Assembly: GCA_965198115.1 (NCBI GenBank)
Contig: OZ240241.1
Span: 5,184,001-5,248,000 of the forward strand
Origin: Candidatus Latescibacterota bacterium
Lineage (GTDB): Bacteria; Latescibacterota; UBA2968
Length of the DNA stretch: 64,000 nucleotides
Direction: 5' to 3'
Of the stretch, positions 10,643 through 19,748 are shown in pieces. The notes under the pieces are model-generated. The model did not search any database. It saw only the letters and a program-made list of their open reading frames with translations, and was not told the origin of the DNA. Each line of letters starts with the position of its first letter. The first letter of the stretch is position 1. The translations under genes were made by a program, and so were the position numbers.

Positions 10643-10752
10643 AAGGTCAGGCAGACAGCTCCCAACACACCTTCGGGCCAGAAATCCATCCTCGCCTCCC
10701 GGAAAGCTTATGGCCATCGGATTTGGTATGCATCAGAGAATCGATGCACTAG

Positions 10753-12306
10753 GAGCCTGTCGGGTTACACCCGGAAGCTCGTTGAGATTAAGTCCAGCTG
10801 AGTCTGTCAGCGACCGGTTACCTTCGTTTTTTCCTTGAGCCGAGTTCCTCTTCGGGATCAGGTAGCCAATGAGAGTCGATAGAGTTTCAGAAGGTTGTGT
10901 GTGAGACAGATCAGGTTCCATTCTCTGATGACTTTGTGGATTCGGCGGAATGAGAATCGGGTGAAGTTCCGAACGGATTTGATCTGTCCAAACACGGGTT
11001 CGATGATCTGTTTTCTTTTCCAGTAGGTGCAGCGACCTTTCTGTGTGAGAAGCTTTCTCGCCATTTTGTCTTTCGTCGTTGCGCCCTTGGGGATCCGTCC
11101 CCTGGGGCAGGTCGCGATGGGCGTTCCATGTTTCTGTTTTGTCGTCGCCACATAGAGGTCGACGCCATCTGATTGAACCTGATCGACCTGACTTTGGTTG
11201 AAGTATCCGGTGTCGGCAGTGAGGTGCTTGGGTGTCGTGCCGCCCATATTCGCTCTGATCTGGTTGACCATAGGTGTCATCTGGTTCTTGTCATCAGCTT
11301 CTTGGGTGACGTCGGCAGCAACGACAATCTGGGCCTTGTCATCCACAGCAGCTTGGCAGTTGTAGGCTTGAAGGAATTGGCCCCCTGAGACCATGATCCG
11401 TGAGTCGGGATCGGTGAAGTTCAGTTGTTCCTTGGAGTCGGGCTCTTTCGATGGAGGCTTGGGCTTACGTCCACGACCGCCGCGGCGCTCCCGGGCCTTT
11501 ACCTTCTCTTCATACGCTGCCTGCTTCTCAGGAAACTCAGCCTCCGCTTCGGCTTCGATCTCGGCTATTGCGTCGCGGATTACTTTGAGTCGAGTCTCCC
11601 GGTGCTGCAACTCCTCGGGCAACTCGTCGCCGCGGTTGTCCTTTCCGTAGAGTTCGTCTTCGGCCGCGTCAGTGGCTTCGGCCTCGGTCAAGAGTCTGCG
11701 CACTTCGGCCTCGATCTCGGCTTCTTTCTTCTTCATCCGGCCGTAGCTCATCGCTTTGTGTTTTGAGGCATTTGCTTTGACTTTCGTGCCATCCAACGCC
11801 ACGTGTCCCAGCTTCACCAGACCTGCCTTCACGCAGAGACACAGCACTTGCCTGAACAGACCTGAGAGGGCATCCAGATGCCGTTGACGAAAGGTCGATA
11901 TCGTGTCGTGATCAGGATGCTGATCCAGGCTGAGCACACGGAAAGCAACGGAGTCATAGGTCGCACGCTCAATCTTGCGGGAACTCCTGATGCCTTCACA
12001 GTAACCATACAGCAGTAGGCTCACCATCATCCGGGGATCATACGGTGGCTGGCCACCTTGAGACCCATCGTAGGTCTCGTAGATCGCGGACAAATCAAGT
12101 TGTCCGACGATATCCAGAATGAAGTAGGTCGGATGACCCTTGGGAAGCCAACTCCGGAGATCCAGAGGCAGCAACATCAACTGAGCCGGATTGTAGACAC
12201 GAAACCGAGTAGAAGTGCTCAACGGAAACCTCCAATTCAGAGTCGGAACCTTGGTCGCACTTCTACAATACGAAATCTTCCTCCGGCTGGGTACTCCGAC
12301 AGGCTC
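10753..12306 (-). mobile_element. IS1182-family insertion sequence
   Basis: IR GAGCCTGTCGG at both ends; flanked by CTAG (10749-10752) and CTAT (12307-12310). Confidence 0.9.
10858..12222 (-). CDS. IS1182-family transposase
   Basis: PPYDPRMM, SSRKIE, PDHDTIS.FR, LDGTKVKANAS, TDPDSR, ADTGY, IEPVFGQIK. Confidence 0.95.
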   Translation of the reverse strand: MSTSTRFRVYNPAQLMLLPLDLRSWLPKGHPTYFILDIVGQLDLSAIYETYDGSQGGQPPYDPRMMVSLLLYGYCEGIRSSRKIERATYDSVAFRVLSLDQHPDHDTISTFRQRHLDALSGLFRQVLCLCVKAGLVKLGHVALDGTKVKANASKHKAMSYGRMKKKEAEIEAEVRRLLTEAEATDAAEDELYGKDNRGDELPEELQHRETRLKVIRDAIAEIEAEAEAEFPEKQAAYEEKVKARERRGGRGRKPKPPSKEPDSKEQLNFTDPDSRIMVSGGQFLQAYNCQAAVDDKAQIVVAADVTQEADDKNQMTPMVNQIRANMGGTTPKHLTADTGYFNQSQVDQVQSDGVDLYVATTKQKHGTPIATCPRGRIPKGATTKDKMARKLLTQKGRCTYWKRKQIIEPVFGQIKSVRNFTRFSFRRIHKVIREWNLICLTHNLLKLYRLSLAT

Positions 12307-12310
12307 CTAT

Positions 12311-13939
12311 CCTGAATTATGCATAAAAAAGGTAGTCTCCTTGTACAAGTGTTTGTTTTTCCCTACATTAGGGCTGACACATCAAAACAACACTTGGAAG
12401 GAACTACCGTGATAGAACCTAGTCAGATCCGGTTACCATTCGCAAGCATTTCGGGCAAGGTAGTTGAGGCTGATTTTGCCGGTGGCGCCGTCAGGAGTGA
12501 CGGTGGAGTTCTGTTGCTTCGCGCCCTTGAGTCTCAGATGGGATTGATCGCCAGAATGGTAGATGCTTTGCGAGATCGTCGTCACCCAAGCTATATCGAT
12601 CACACGCTTTTGGATCTTGTGAAGCAGCGTGTTTTTCAGATCGCTTGCGGCTATGAAGATGCCGTCGATTGTGATGATTTGCGCCACGATCCGGGCGTCA
12701 AGGCTGCCTGCGATCGGCTTCCTCTTTCCGGTCCTGATCTCGGGAGCCAATCAACGATGACACGACTTGAGAATGATGTGCGACGCTCGGATTTGTATCG
12801 GCTCGCACGGGCTTTTGTAGACGGGTTCATCGCATCGTATGACCAGGCACCCCCAAGCATCATTCTCGATATCGACGACACGGATGACCCAACGCACGGT
12901 GCGCAACAATTTTCACTCTTCAACGCGTATTACAATGAACACTGCTATATGCCGCTACATATCTATGAAGGCCAAAGCGGCAAGCTCATTACGACGATCT
13001 TGAGACCCGGGCATCCGACGAACGGTAAACAGGTCGTTTCTATTCTCAAGCGCTTGGTGGAACACCTACGCGGATCTTGGCCAAACGTGGAGATCATCGT
13101 TCGCGCAGACTCAAAGTTCAGCTCACCAGAGATGCACGATTTCTGCGAAGACAACGGTATCTACTACGTTCTGGGCCAGGGCGCCAACTCCAAGCTCAAA
13201 GCGGCTGGACAAAACCTGATGGACCAAGCGCTACGTCTGAGCGAGCATAAGGAGACGATTCGCTTGTTCTCATCCTTCTCATATCAGGCTGGCACCTACC
13301 GGCAGCCTCGCCGGATCATTCACAAGGCTGAAGTCACAAACGGCGAAGCAAATCCAAGATACCGCGTGACCAATTTACAGAGTAATCGAGACGGCTTTAT
13401 CTATGATCGTATCTACTGCGCAAGGGGACGCACGGAAGGCTTCATCAAGGACCACAAAACATTCCTTCACTCCGATCGAACATCGTGCCACAAGTTTGAA
13501 GCCAACCAGTTCCGACTCTTTCTACACAGTGCTGCATACACCTTGCTTCACGCACTCCGATCACAGGGACTCAAGGGCACCGCGTGGACCAAACCTCAGG
13601 TCAACACGATACAGAACCGTTTCCTCAAAATCGGCGCGAGAGTCATTGAAAGCGCACGAAGAATCCGATTCCATTTTCCAACATCGTATCCACTCAAAAA
13701 CGTCTTGGTGTCAATCATCACCAGGCTCGAAACGAACACGCAGTAACAACGCCGATCTATACCGGGGACAGCTATGTACACGTCGCAAAACAACACCTGT
13801 TCCGGACGAAAATCGTGACTCTTGCGACTCGTAGAGACCGCTTACGGGACCTTGGACATCCGAAGAAGCCGAGAACAAATCCTGTGCGTGATCACATCAC
13901 TCCAAAACAACCTAAACTCAAATTCATGCATGATTCAGG
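12311..13939 (+). mobile_element. IS1380-family insertion sequence
   Basis: IRs CCTGAATTATGCAT / CCTGAATCATGCAT; flanked by CTAT and CTAG (13940-13943); lower GC than surroundings. Confidence 0.9.
12409..13746 (+). CDS. IS1380-family transposase
   Basis: ADF.GG..SDGG.LLL, GYED..D, SQSTMTRLEN, DIDDTDD, RADS, DRTSCH.F.ANQFRL; GTG start after GAAGGAA. Confidence 0.93.
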   Translation: MIEPSQIRLPFASISGKVVEADFAGGAVRSDGGVLLLRALESQMGLIARMVDALRDRRHPSYIDHTLLDLVKQRVFQIACGYEDAVDCDDLRHDPGVKAACDRLPLSGPDLGSQSTMTRLENDVRRSDLYRLARAFVDGFIASYDQAPPSIILDIDDTDDPTHGAQQFSLFNAYYNEHCYMPLHIYEGQSGKLITTILRPGHPTNGKQVVSILKRLVEHLRGSWPNVEIIVRADSKFSSPEMHDFCEDNGIYYVLGQGANSKLKAAGQNLMDQALRLSEHKETIRLFSSFSYQAGTYRQPRRIIHKAEVTNGEANPRYRVTNLQSNRDGFIYDRIYCARGRTEGFIKDHKTFLHSDRTSCHKFEANQFRLFLHSAAYTLLHALRSQGLKGTAWTKPQVNTIQNRFLKIGARVIESARRIRFHFPTSYPLKNVLVSIITRLETNTQ

Positions 13940-14015
13940 CTAGGGTCATCGGCGCCTGCGGCTCTCAGAATGTTGTTCAGGAGCTCCTCGAGCTCTTTCA
14001 CACAGCGAAGGGCAC
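13940..14015 (-). pseudogene. Short remnant resembling an Ldh_2-family N-terminus; continues at 10733-10752 across the IS pair
   Basis: Joining the flanks at one CTAG gives VKELEELLNNILRAAGADDPSASIL*. Confidence 0.4.
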
Positions 14016-14017
14016 GA

Positions 14018-15100
14018 CTAAGACTCCGATCCGGGATCGATTCTCAACCCGCCGTAAAACTCACTCGTCTTACGACCGAACAGCTCCAGAAAACTGTTCG
14101 GGTAGGGCTTTTGCAATTCGCTCACGTCGGTCAGCTCTTTCATCTCCGCATCGGACAGTGCAAACTCCAACGTTGCAAGCGTATCCGTGACCTGCTCGAG
14201 GCTGGAGAAACCGAACAGAGCGACATCGCACGAGCCCGATTGGTGCAGCCATCGCAGGGCGACGTTGGGAACGGTCTTTCCGTGCGTCCTCGCAACTCGA
14301 TCCATCACATCCAGGGCCGCCCAGTTTCTCTCGACGGCGAGACGCTTCCAGGAGGTACTCTCGTCCTCCTCTTGAACCTCGAACCCACTGCCCGGTCTCG
14401 GCCCTTCTGCGCCACGGCGATATCGCCCGGAGAGAAACCCACCGGCCAGCGCGCCCCAGGCAATGATCGACACGTCCTGGTCCCGGCACGCTGGGATCAC
14501 GGAAAACTCCGCCACCCTGTCCGCAATAGAATACCAGATCTGATTCGATATTATGTGTGTCAGCCCCGCCGATCGCGCGTGGGCGTTCGCCTTGACCACG
14601 TGCCAGCCATCCCAGTTGCTCACACCCACGTAGCGGATCTTCCCCGCCTTCACAAAATCATCCAACACACGCAGCGTCTCCTCCACCGGTGTGTAGAAAT
14701 CCCAGAAGTGGCACTGGTAGAGATCGATGTAGTCCGTGCCCAACCGCTTCAGACTCGCCTCGATCTGTGTCGTCAGGTATGCTCGTGAAAGTCCCACGTT
14801 GTTCGGCCGAACTTCGTCCTCCATCGTCCAGTAGCCCTTGGTCTGGATCACGAATCGATCCCGACGACCCTTGACGACCTTTCCAACGGTCCTCTCCGAC
14901 GTTCCGGCCATCTCCGCGTTCGACCCACGGAGTCCGCCTCCGTAGAAATTGGCCGTGTCGATCACATTCCCGCCGGCATCGGCATACATATCCGTTACCC
15001 TGCGGGCCGTTTTCTGATCCACTCGAGTCCCAAAGGGCTCTGCCCCCATTCCGAGACGGGACACCTGCAGTCCGGAACCGCCCAGGTAACAGTATTCCAT
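14018..15100 (-). CDS. Aldo/keto reductase
   Basis: LGGSGLQVS, IDTANFY, SLKRLGTDYIDLYQ.H, GKIRYVGVSN. Confidence 0.95.
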   Translation of the reverse strand: MEYCYLGGSGLQVSRLGMGAEPFGTRVDQKTARRVTDMYADAGGNVIDTANFYGGGLRGSNAEMAGTSERTVGKVVKGRRDRFVIQTKGYWTMEDEVRPNNVGLSRAYLTTQIEASLKRLGTDYIDLYQCHFWDFYTPVEETLRVLDDFVKAGKIRYVGVSNWDGWHVVKANAHARSAGLTHIISNQIWYSIADRVAEFSVIPACRDQDVSIIAWGALAGGFLSGRYRRGAEGPRPGSGFEVQEEDESTSWKRLAVERNWAALDVMDRVARTHGKTVPNVALRWLHQSGSCDVALFGFSSLEQVTDTLATLEFALSDAEMKELTDVSELQKPYPNSFLELFGRKTSEFYGGLRIDPGSES

Positions 15101-15145
15101 CTACTCACTCATAATCCGCTGATTCATTGCCATCACTCATCAAGG

Positions 15146-15213
15146 AGAGTTCCGAATTCCGAGTAGCGAATAGTGAGTATTGATCTACGTTCGCTACTCG
15201 GAACTCGCTATTC
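15146..15213. repeat. Intergenic heptamer-built inverted repeat
   Basis: TTCCGAGTAGCGAA (15157-15170) pairs with TTCGCTACTCGGAA (15190-15203). Confidence 0.65.
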
Positions 15214-15272
15214 AGCCCTCGCTACTTGCTTGTGTTTCACCTTCCCACTCTATCCGAAGCCTCTCGACCCGA

Positions 15273-16078
15273 TCAGACCACGACCCGCTCCCCGTGTCGG
15301 CAAATCTTCGTCTTCAGATCGGGATACTTCAACCGAAAGTAATCGACGAACAACGTCGGATCCTCGGTATTTCCCTCGTGCATGTCGTAGTGCGCGGGAA
15401 TCGTCAGCTTCGGTCGGATGGCGCCGGCGAGATCGACGGCTTCCTGATAGGTCATGTTTCCGATCATCCCTCGAGCCAGCTGCTTGCCGCTTCGCCCATT
15501 GATCGGAAGAAATGCCACATCGATCGGCGCGTGCTTCTGGAGATTGCTCACCAGATCCCCATAAATGCACGTGTCTCCCGCGTGGTAGATTTTGCATCCG
15601 TTGGCTTCGAGGATGTAGCCCAAATAGGGGTGCATCCCTGTGTCTGGGTCGCGATCCAGGAACTCGTGCGCGGCCGCGATCCCCGTGACCCGAACCCCAT
15701 CCACTTCCACGCTCACGCCGTCATCCAGCCCGAGCATCCGCTCGGTTGAAATCCCTTGCTCCTCGATGATGCTCTCCCTCACCAGCTCGGGCACCACGAA
15801 TCTTGCATTCGAAGCTCGGGCGATGTCGGGCCAGACCTCGCGATCGATGTGGTCGTCGTGATCGTGTGAGCCCAGAATCAGATGCGCTGTGCCATTTGCT
15901 CGGGGGTGACCAGGGAAGGAACCAACCGGACATCCGGATGCAGGTAGGGATCCGCATAGAACACCTGCGAGCCCATCTTGACAATGAACTGATGCTGCCC
16001 AAGCCACCAGAAAGCGACCTGTCCTGGCTCGAGACGCGTCTGGTCGACCTCCTGTATCAGCGCTTCACCGGTCGGCAC
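15273..16078 (-). pseudogene. UlaG-like metallo-beta-lactamase-fold hydrolase, frameshift near 15890
   Basis: WWLGQH...DPYL in ORF 15878-16078; SHDHDDH, IYHAGDT, LPING, IPAHYDM in the second frame; one base appears missing. Confidence 0.85.
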
Positions 16079-16081
16079 GAC

Positions 16082-16960
16082 TCACCCTTCGACCCACAAA
16101 CGACCTTGGGCATCCACGTCTAATCCAACGTATTCAGCGTGGCGACCACCGGGGCCGTACATCACCGCCCGTTCTACCTCGTTCATGTCTTCGATCGCGT
16201 CCTCATCCCACCAGACCTCGGGCAGGTTCGTCTCCTCTTTGGGATGGAAGCGAACCGCGGTCCTCCCCGCATACTTGATCAACACCACTCGCCTCGGCCT
16301 CTCGCTCTGCCAGGGCAGTGTGCCGTGCGTCTGGGCACCGTCCATGAAGAACAGGATATCACCCGCCTTCACCGCAGGCTGAACAACGGTCCCGCCGTCG
16401 TCATCGCACGTGCGAACACCCTCCGGCAGAGTGTACCGGGATTTGTGACTTCCCGGAACACACGCAAAACCTCCATCTCCCGCGTTGCAATCGCCCAGCT
16501 GAAAGGAAACCGTTACCCCGTTGCAGTGGGATCGGCCGTTCTGGTTGTGGTAAGCAACGCGAGGCCTGTGCGGATCACCGGCACCGTGAAGCGAAAACCC
16601 CTCGATGCCTATCTCACCGGGAATGATCAGAGGACCGTGATCGAGCCGGAAGCCCCTACCACACATCACGTTCAACCGGGACACGACAGCCGGATGGGCC
16701 ATCAGATTCCTGAACGCCTCGCAGTAGGGCTTTTCGATTTCCAGAATCCCGTGAAACTCGAACCGCCCCCTGCTCCCTGAAAGCGCCGATGAGCCCCTCG
16801 AACCGGTACCGGGCTTCACATCGGGGATCTGCGCCCTGCAAAAATCAAAGGCCTCGTTCAACTTCTTCAGTTCCACGCGGGTCAACGCGTTCCGCGCTAC
16901 GACATAGCCCGTCAAGTCCCAGAAATATCTTTCCCGCTCAGTCACCCTCTCTCCCTTCAA
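16082..16960 (-). CDS. PhyH-family Fe/2OG oxygenase, HGA-type
   Basis: RYFWDLTGY, LHGAGD in place of HxD, GGFACVPGSHK, THGTLPW, RR. Confidence 0.88.
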   Translation of the reverse strand: MKGERVTERERYFWDLTGYVVARNALTRVELKKLNEAFDFCRAQIPDVKPGTGSRGSSALSGSRGRFEFHGILEIEKPYCEAFRNLMAHPAVVSRLNVMCGRGFRLDHGPLIIPGEIGIEGFSLHGAGDPHRPRVAYHNQNGRSHCNGVTVSFQLGDCNAGDGGFACVPGSHKSRYTLPEGVRTCDDDGGTVVQPAVKAGDILFFMDGAQTHGTLPWQSERPRRVVLIKYAGRTAVRFHPKEETNLPEVWWDEDAIEDMNEVERAVMYGPGGRHAEYVGLDVDAQGRLWVEG

Positions 16961-17032
16961 TGGAAACGGCGGTCAACCTGATGCCTCGACCGACCGCCGT
17001 CTCTCACGTTCACTTCGCCCTGCCCCTCGGAG

Positions 17033-17227
17033 CTACACGAAGGTGGGTCTCCGGTCCCCTCTCAACTCTTTCTCCCGGTCATCCCCGAACGCCCCGGCGA
17101 ACTGGATGAAATCGACGAAGTCCACCTTCCCGCTGCCGTCGAAATCGGCAAGCGACTGTGCCTCGACCCCTCGGACGATGAATAACCCGATGATCAGCGC
17201 TGAGCAATTGAAGGTTCGAAATTTCAT
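17033..17227 (-). pseudogene. Truncated secreted protein: signal peptide plus one dockerin/EF-hand-like motif
   Basis: GGAGG RBS; MKFRTF...GVEAQS signal; ADFDGSGKVDFVDFIQFAGAFG, then stops after ~64 aa. Confidence 0.55.
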
Positions 17228-17411
17228 CTTCGTCCTCCATTCCGTTGCCACGGAATCACTCGGGAAGAGCACACTGCATTCTCTGATTCAGGTCTGGATG
17301 CGGGCTATTGTCCTGCTTGTCCTTCGGGGTGGGAATCACGACTAAAATACTGCGCGATTGGAAATGCGGAAGAGAGATCGAATGGAGCGAACTCGGACGA
17401 GTAAAGCGACT

Positions 17412-18278
17412 CTATCGGTCCATTCGCTCGAGCCCGAATAGCTGGCGGCAAAGAGCCGAGCGGCCCTGTAGCTGGTCCTTCATGGCCTCATCCGGGTCGT
17501 AAACGGCGCTTCGCGACATACCGAAGTGTCTGTAGTTGTAAAGAAGCATCCGCCGGACGTTCGAGCCCGTGTTGTGCATCGCCGTGTGCCAGATCTTGCC
17601 GTTCCACAGAATGGCGTCACCCGCCTTGCCCGTTAGCCTCACGTGATTGGGCATCTCATCGAGCGGGTCGTATTTGGGAACCTCGTTCGAGTCGGCCTTG
17701 TGCGAACCAGGCACGACACTGAATGGTGCCGTGTCTTCGTCCACGTCCTCCACGAAGAAAAAGATTTTCACCTTCAGGAACGGCCTGTCACTCACCCCCG
17801 TCGACGCCCAGAGCTCCCTGTCTCCTTCATCCCACTCAGCCGGGTCGAAATCCCACGTGGGGGAATCCTTGTGCCAATCCGTATGGGATTTCGTATGGGC
17901 GGGCTTCACGTGCAAAGCGTTGTCGTGCATCATCATATCCGGGCCCATGAGCTTCTCCGTGATGCCAACCGTCTGCGGATGCTTCATGAGGTCCAGGAAG
18001 ACGTCACCGTGCGTCACGATGGGCGCGACGACGTGAGCGGTTTCACACATCCGATACGGGCGGTACGAAACGTTTTCCGCCAGGTCCCGTTGCCAATCTT
18101 CGCGTGTCGCTTCCTCGACCCGGCAGAACTCCTCATGGACGCGTAGCAGCTCGCTCTCCTCGATCGCACCCTCCACAGTCAGATACCCCTGATCGTGGAA
18201 GAACGAGAGATGTTCGTCGGTCAATTCGTCGCATACACGCACGAGATGCTCCCAAAGAGGGTTGCACTTGCCCGCCAT
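17412..18278 (-). CDS. PhyH-family Fe/2OG dioxygenase
   Basis: FFHDQGY, DWHKD, VVPGSHK, IWHTA..N, RR. Confidence 0.9.
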   Translation of the reverse strand: MAGKCNPLWEHLVRVCDELTDEHLSFFHDQGYLTVEGAIEESELLRVHEEFCRVEEATREDWQRDLAENVSYRPYRMCETAHVVAPIVTHGDVFLDLMKHPQTVGITEKLMGPDMMMHDNALHVKPAHTKSHTDWHKDSPTWDFDPAEWDEGDRELWASTGVSDRPFLKVKIFFFVEDVDEDTAPFSVVPGSHKADSNEVPKYDPLDEMPNHVRLTGKAGDAILWNGKIWHTAMHNTGSNVRRMLLYNYRHFGMSRSAVYDPDEAMKDQLQGRSALCRQLFGLERMDR

Positions 18279-18507
18279 GGTAAGCAGTGTTCGGCGGCGC
18301 GCCAGTCTCGAATAAACCCGGCGGTTTCAATGACCGTGTTTTAGCGTGTAACTTCGTTATGGGCCCATTTGGCTCCACTTTCTGACGCAATCCTGACGGT
18401 CGGTTGACCGCAAGTCTCGTTGTAGCGACCTTGCGCCTGGGTATCTCATAGCGCCCCTCGAGACCGAAGACTTCCACACATCGTCTCTCCCACCCAAATC
18501 GCGTTCG

Positions 18508-19746
18508 ATGACGAAAACAGCCATCCACGACCTCGCGGACTATGACCGGTACTGCGAAGGACGTCTCGAAAACCCCTATTCGCTCTACGATCGATTACGC
18601 ACCGAAGATCCCGTTCACTGGAGCGATCGACTCGAAAGCTGGATGCTCACCCGCTACGATGATGTGCTTTCCGCCAATCGAGACCGGCGTCTGGCTTCTA
18701 ACCGCGTGTCAGTGAACATGGGCGCGCTGACTGAAGCCGACCGAATGAAATACAAAGGATTGGGCGATCATATTTCGAACTGGTTGGGGTTTACCGATCC
18801 CCCCAAACACACCCGAATGAGAGACATGATCGGCCAGACGGTCAACCAGGACCTGGCAGAGACAATGCGAGGACGTATCCGCAAAATCGTCGACGATCTG
18901 CTGGACAAAGCTCAGACGAAAGGGGAGATGGATCTCGTCGACGACTTCGCCTATCCACTTCCGGCCAATCTGATCTGCGATATCCTCGGCATCCCGGGCG
19001 GTTATCGAAAACAGTTCAGGGGCTCGATCGAAGACCTGACGGCGTTCGTTGGTGCAGTCGGTCCGGCCCTCACCAGGGTTGCAGAAAAAGCGGAGCAGAG
19101 TCGACGAGAGCTGACCGCTTTCTTCGGGGACCTCGCTTCCCAGCGTCGCCGGGAACCGCGACAGGATCTGATCAGTGCCCTCGCGGCGGTCGAGGGGAAA
19201 GAAGACGGCCTGACCGAGGATGAAATGATGGGCCTGATCGTCTTCATCTTTGACGCCGGCCACGACACAACGGCAAGTTTCATCGCGAACGGCGTGCTGT
19301 CGCTCCTGAGAAATCCCACGGAAATGGAGAGACTCCGTCGGGACTCCACTCTGATGGAAACCGCCATCGAGGAATTCCTACGATACGAAAGCCCGATCCA
19401 ATTCGATACGCGCCTGGCCACGGCCGACCTCGAGATCGACGGCAAACGAATCCGGGCCGGACAGACCGTCATCCTCGTGAGGGGCGCGGCCAACCGGGAC
19501 CCGGCGCAGTTTCCCGATCCCGACCGCCTCGACGTGGGGAGGCGCGACAACAAGCACCTGGCCTTCGGATGGGGCGCTCACTTCTGTCTGGGCGCGCCCC
19601 TGGCTCGTGCGGAGGGGGAAATCGCAATCACCTCTCTGCTCGATCGGTTTCCAAACATGCAGCTCAAAACCGACAAGATCGAATGGCTCGAAAACATGAG
19701 CCTGCGATGCCCACGGGCCTTGCCGATGACACTCGGGGGAGCTTGA
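18508..19746 (+). CDS. Cytochrome P450
   Basis: AGHDTT I-helix, EEFLR (ExxR), ANRDP..FPDP, FGWGAHFCLG heme motif. Confidence 0.97.
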   Translation: MTKTAIHDLADYDRYCEGRLENPYSLYDRLRTEDPVHWSDRLESWMLTRYDDVLSANRDRRLASNRVSVNMGALTEADRMKYKGLGDHISNWLGFTDPPKHTRMRDMIGQTVNQDLAETMRGRIRKIVDDLLDKAQTKGEMDLVDDFAYPLPANLICDILGIPGGYRKQFRGSIEDLTAFVGAVGPALTRVAEKAEQSRRELTAFFGDLASQRRREPRQDLISALAAVEGKEDGLTEDEMMGLIVFIFDAGHDTTASFIANGVLSLLRNPTEMERLRRDSTLMETAIEEFLRYESPIQFDTRLATADLEIDGKRIRAGQTVILVRGAANRDPAQFPDPDRLDVGRRDNKHLAFGWGAHFCLGAPLARAEGEIAITSLLDRFPNMQLKTDKIEWLENMSLRCPRALPMTLGGA

Positions 19747-19748
19747 CG

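Larger units (their letters stand above)
8525..10689 (-). pseudogene. NodB/CE4 polysaccharide deacetylase interrupted by IS256
   Basis: Removing the IS restores MDFWPEGVLGAVCLTFDDG...KGTFYV...GHEIGNHTTRHP...YCYP; ATG at 10689 with GGAGG RBS. Confidence 0.9.

Noticed and set aside
9269-13939. Composite transposon formed by the three adjacent IS elements
   Set aside because: Different families with separate IRs and target sites; no cargo between matching ends
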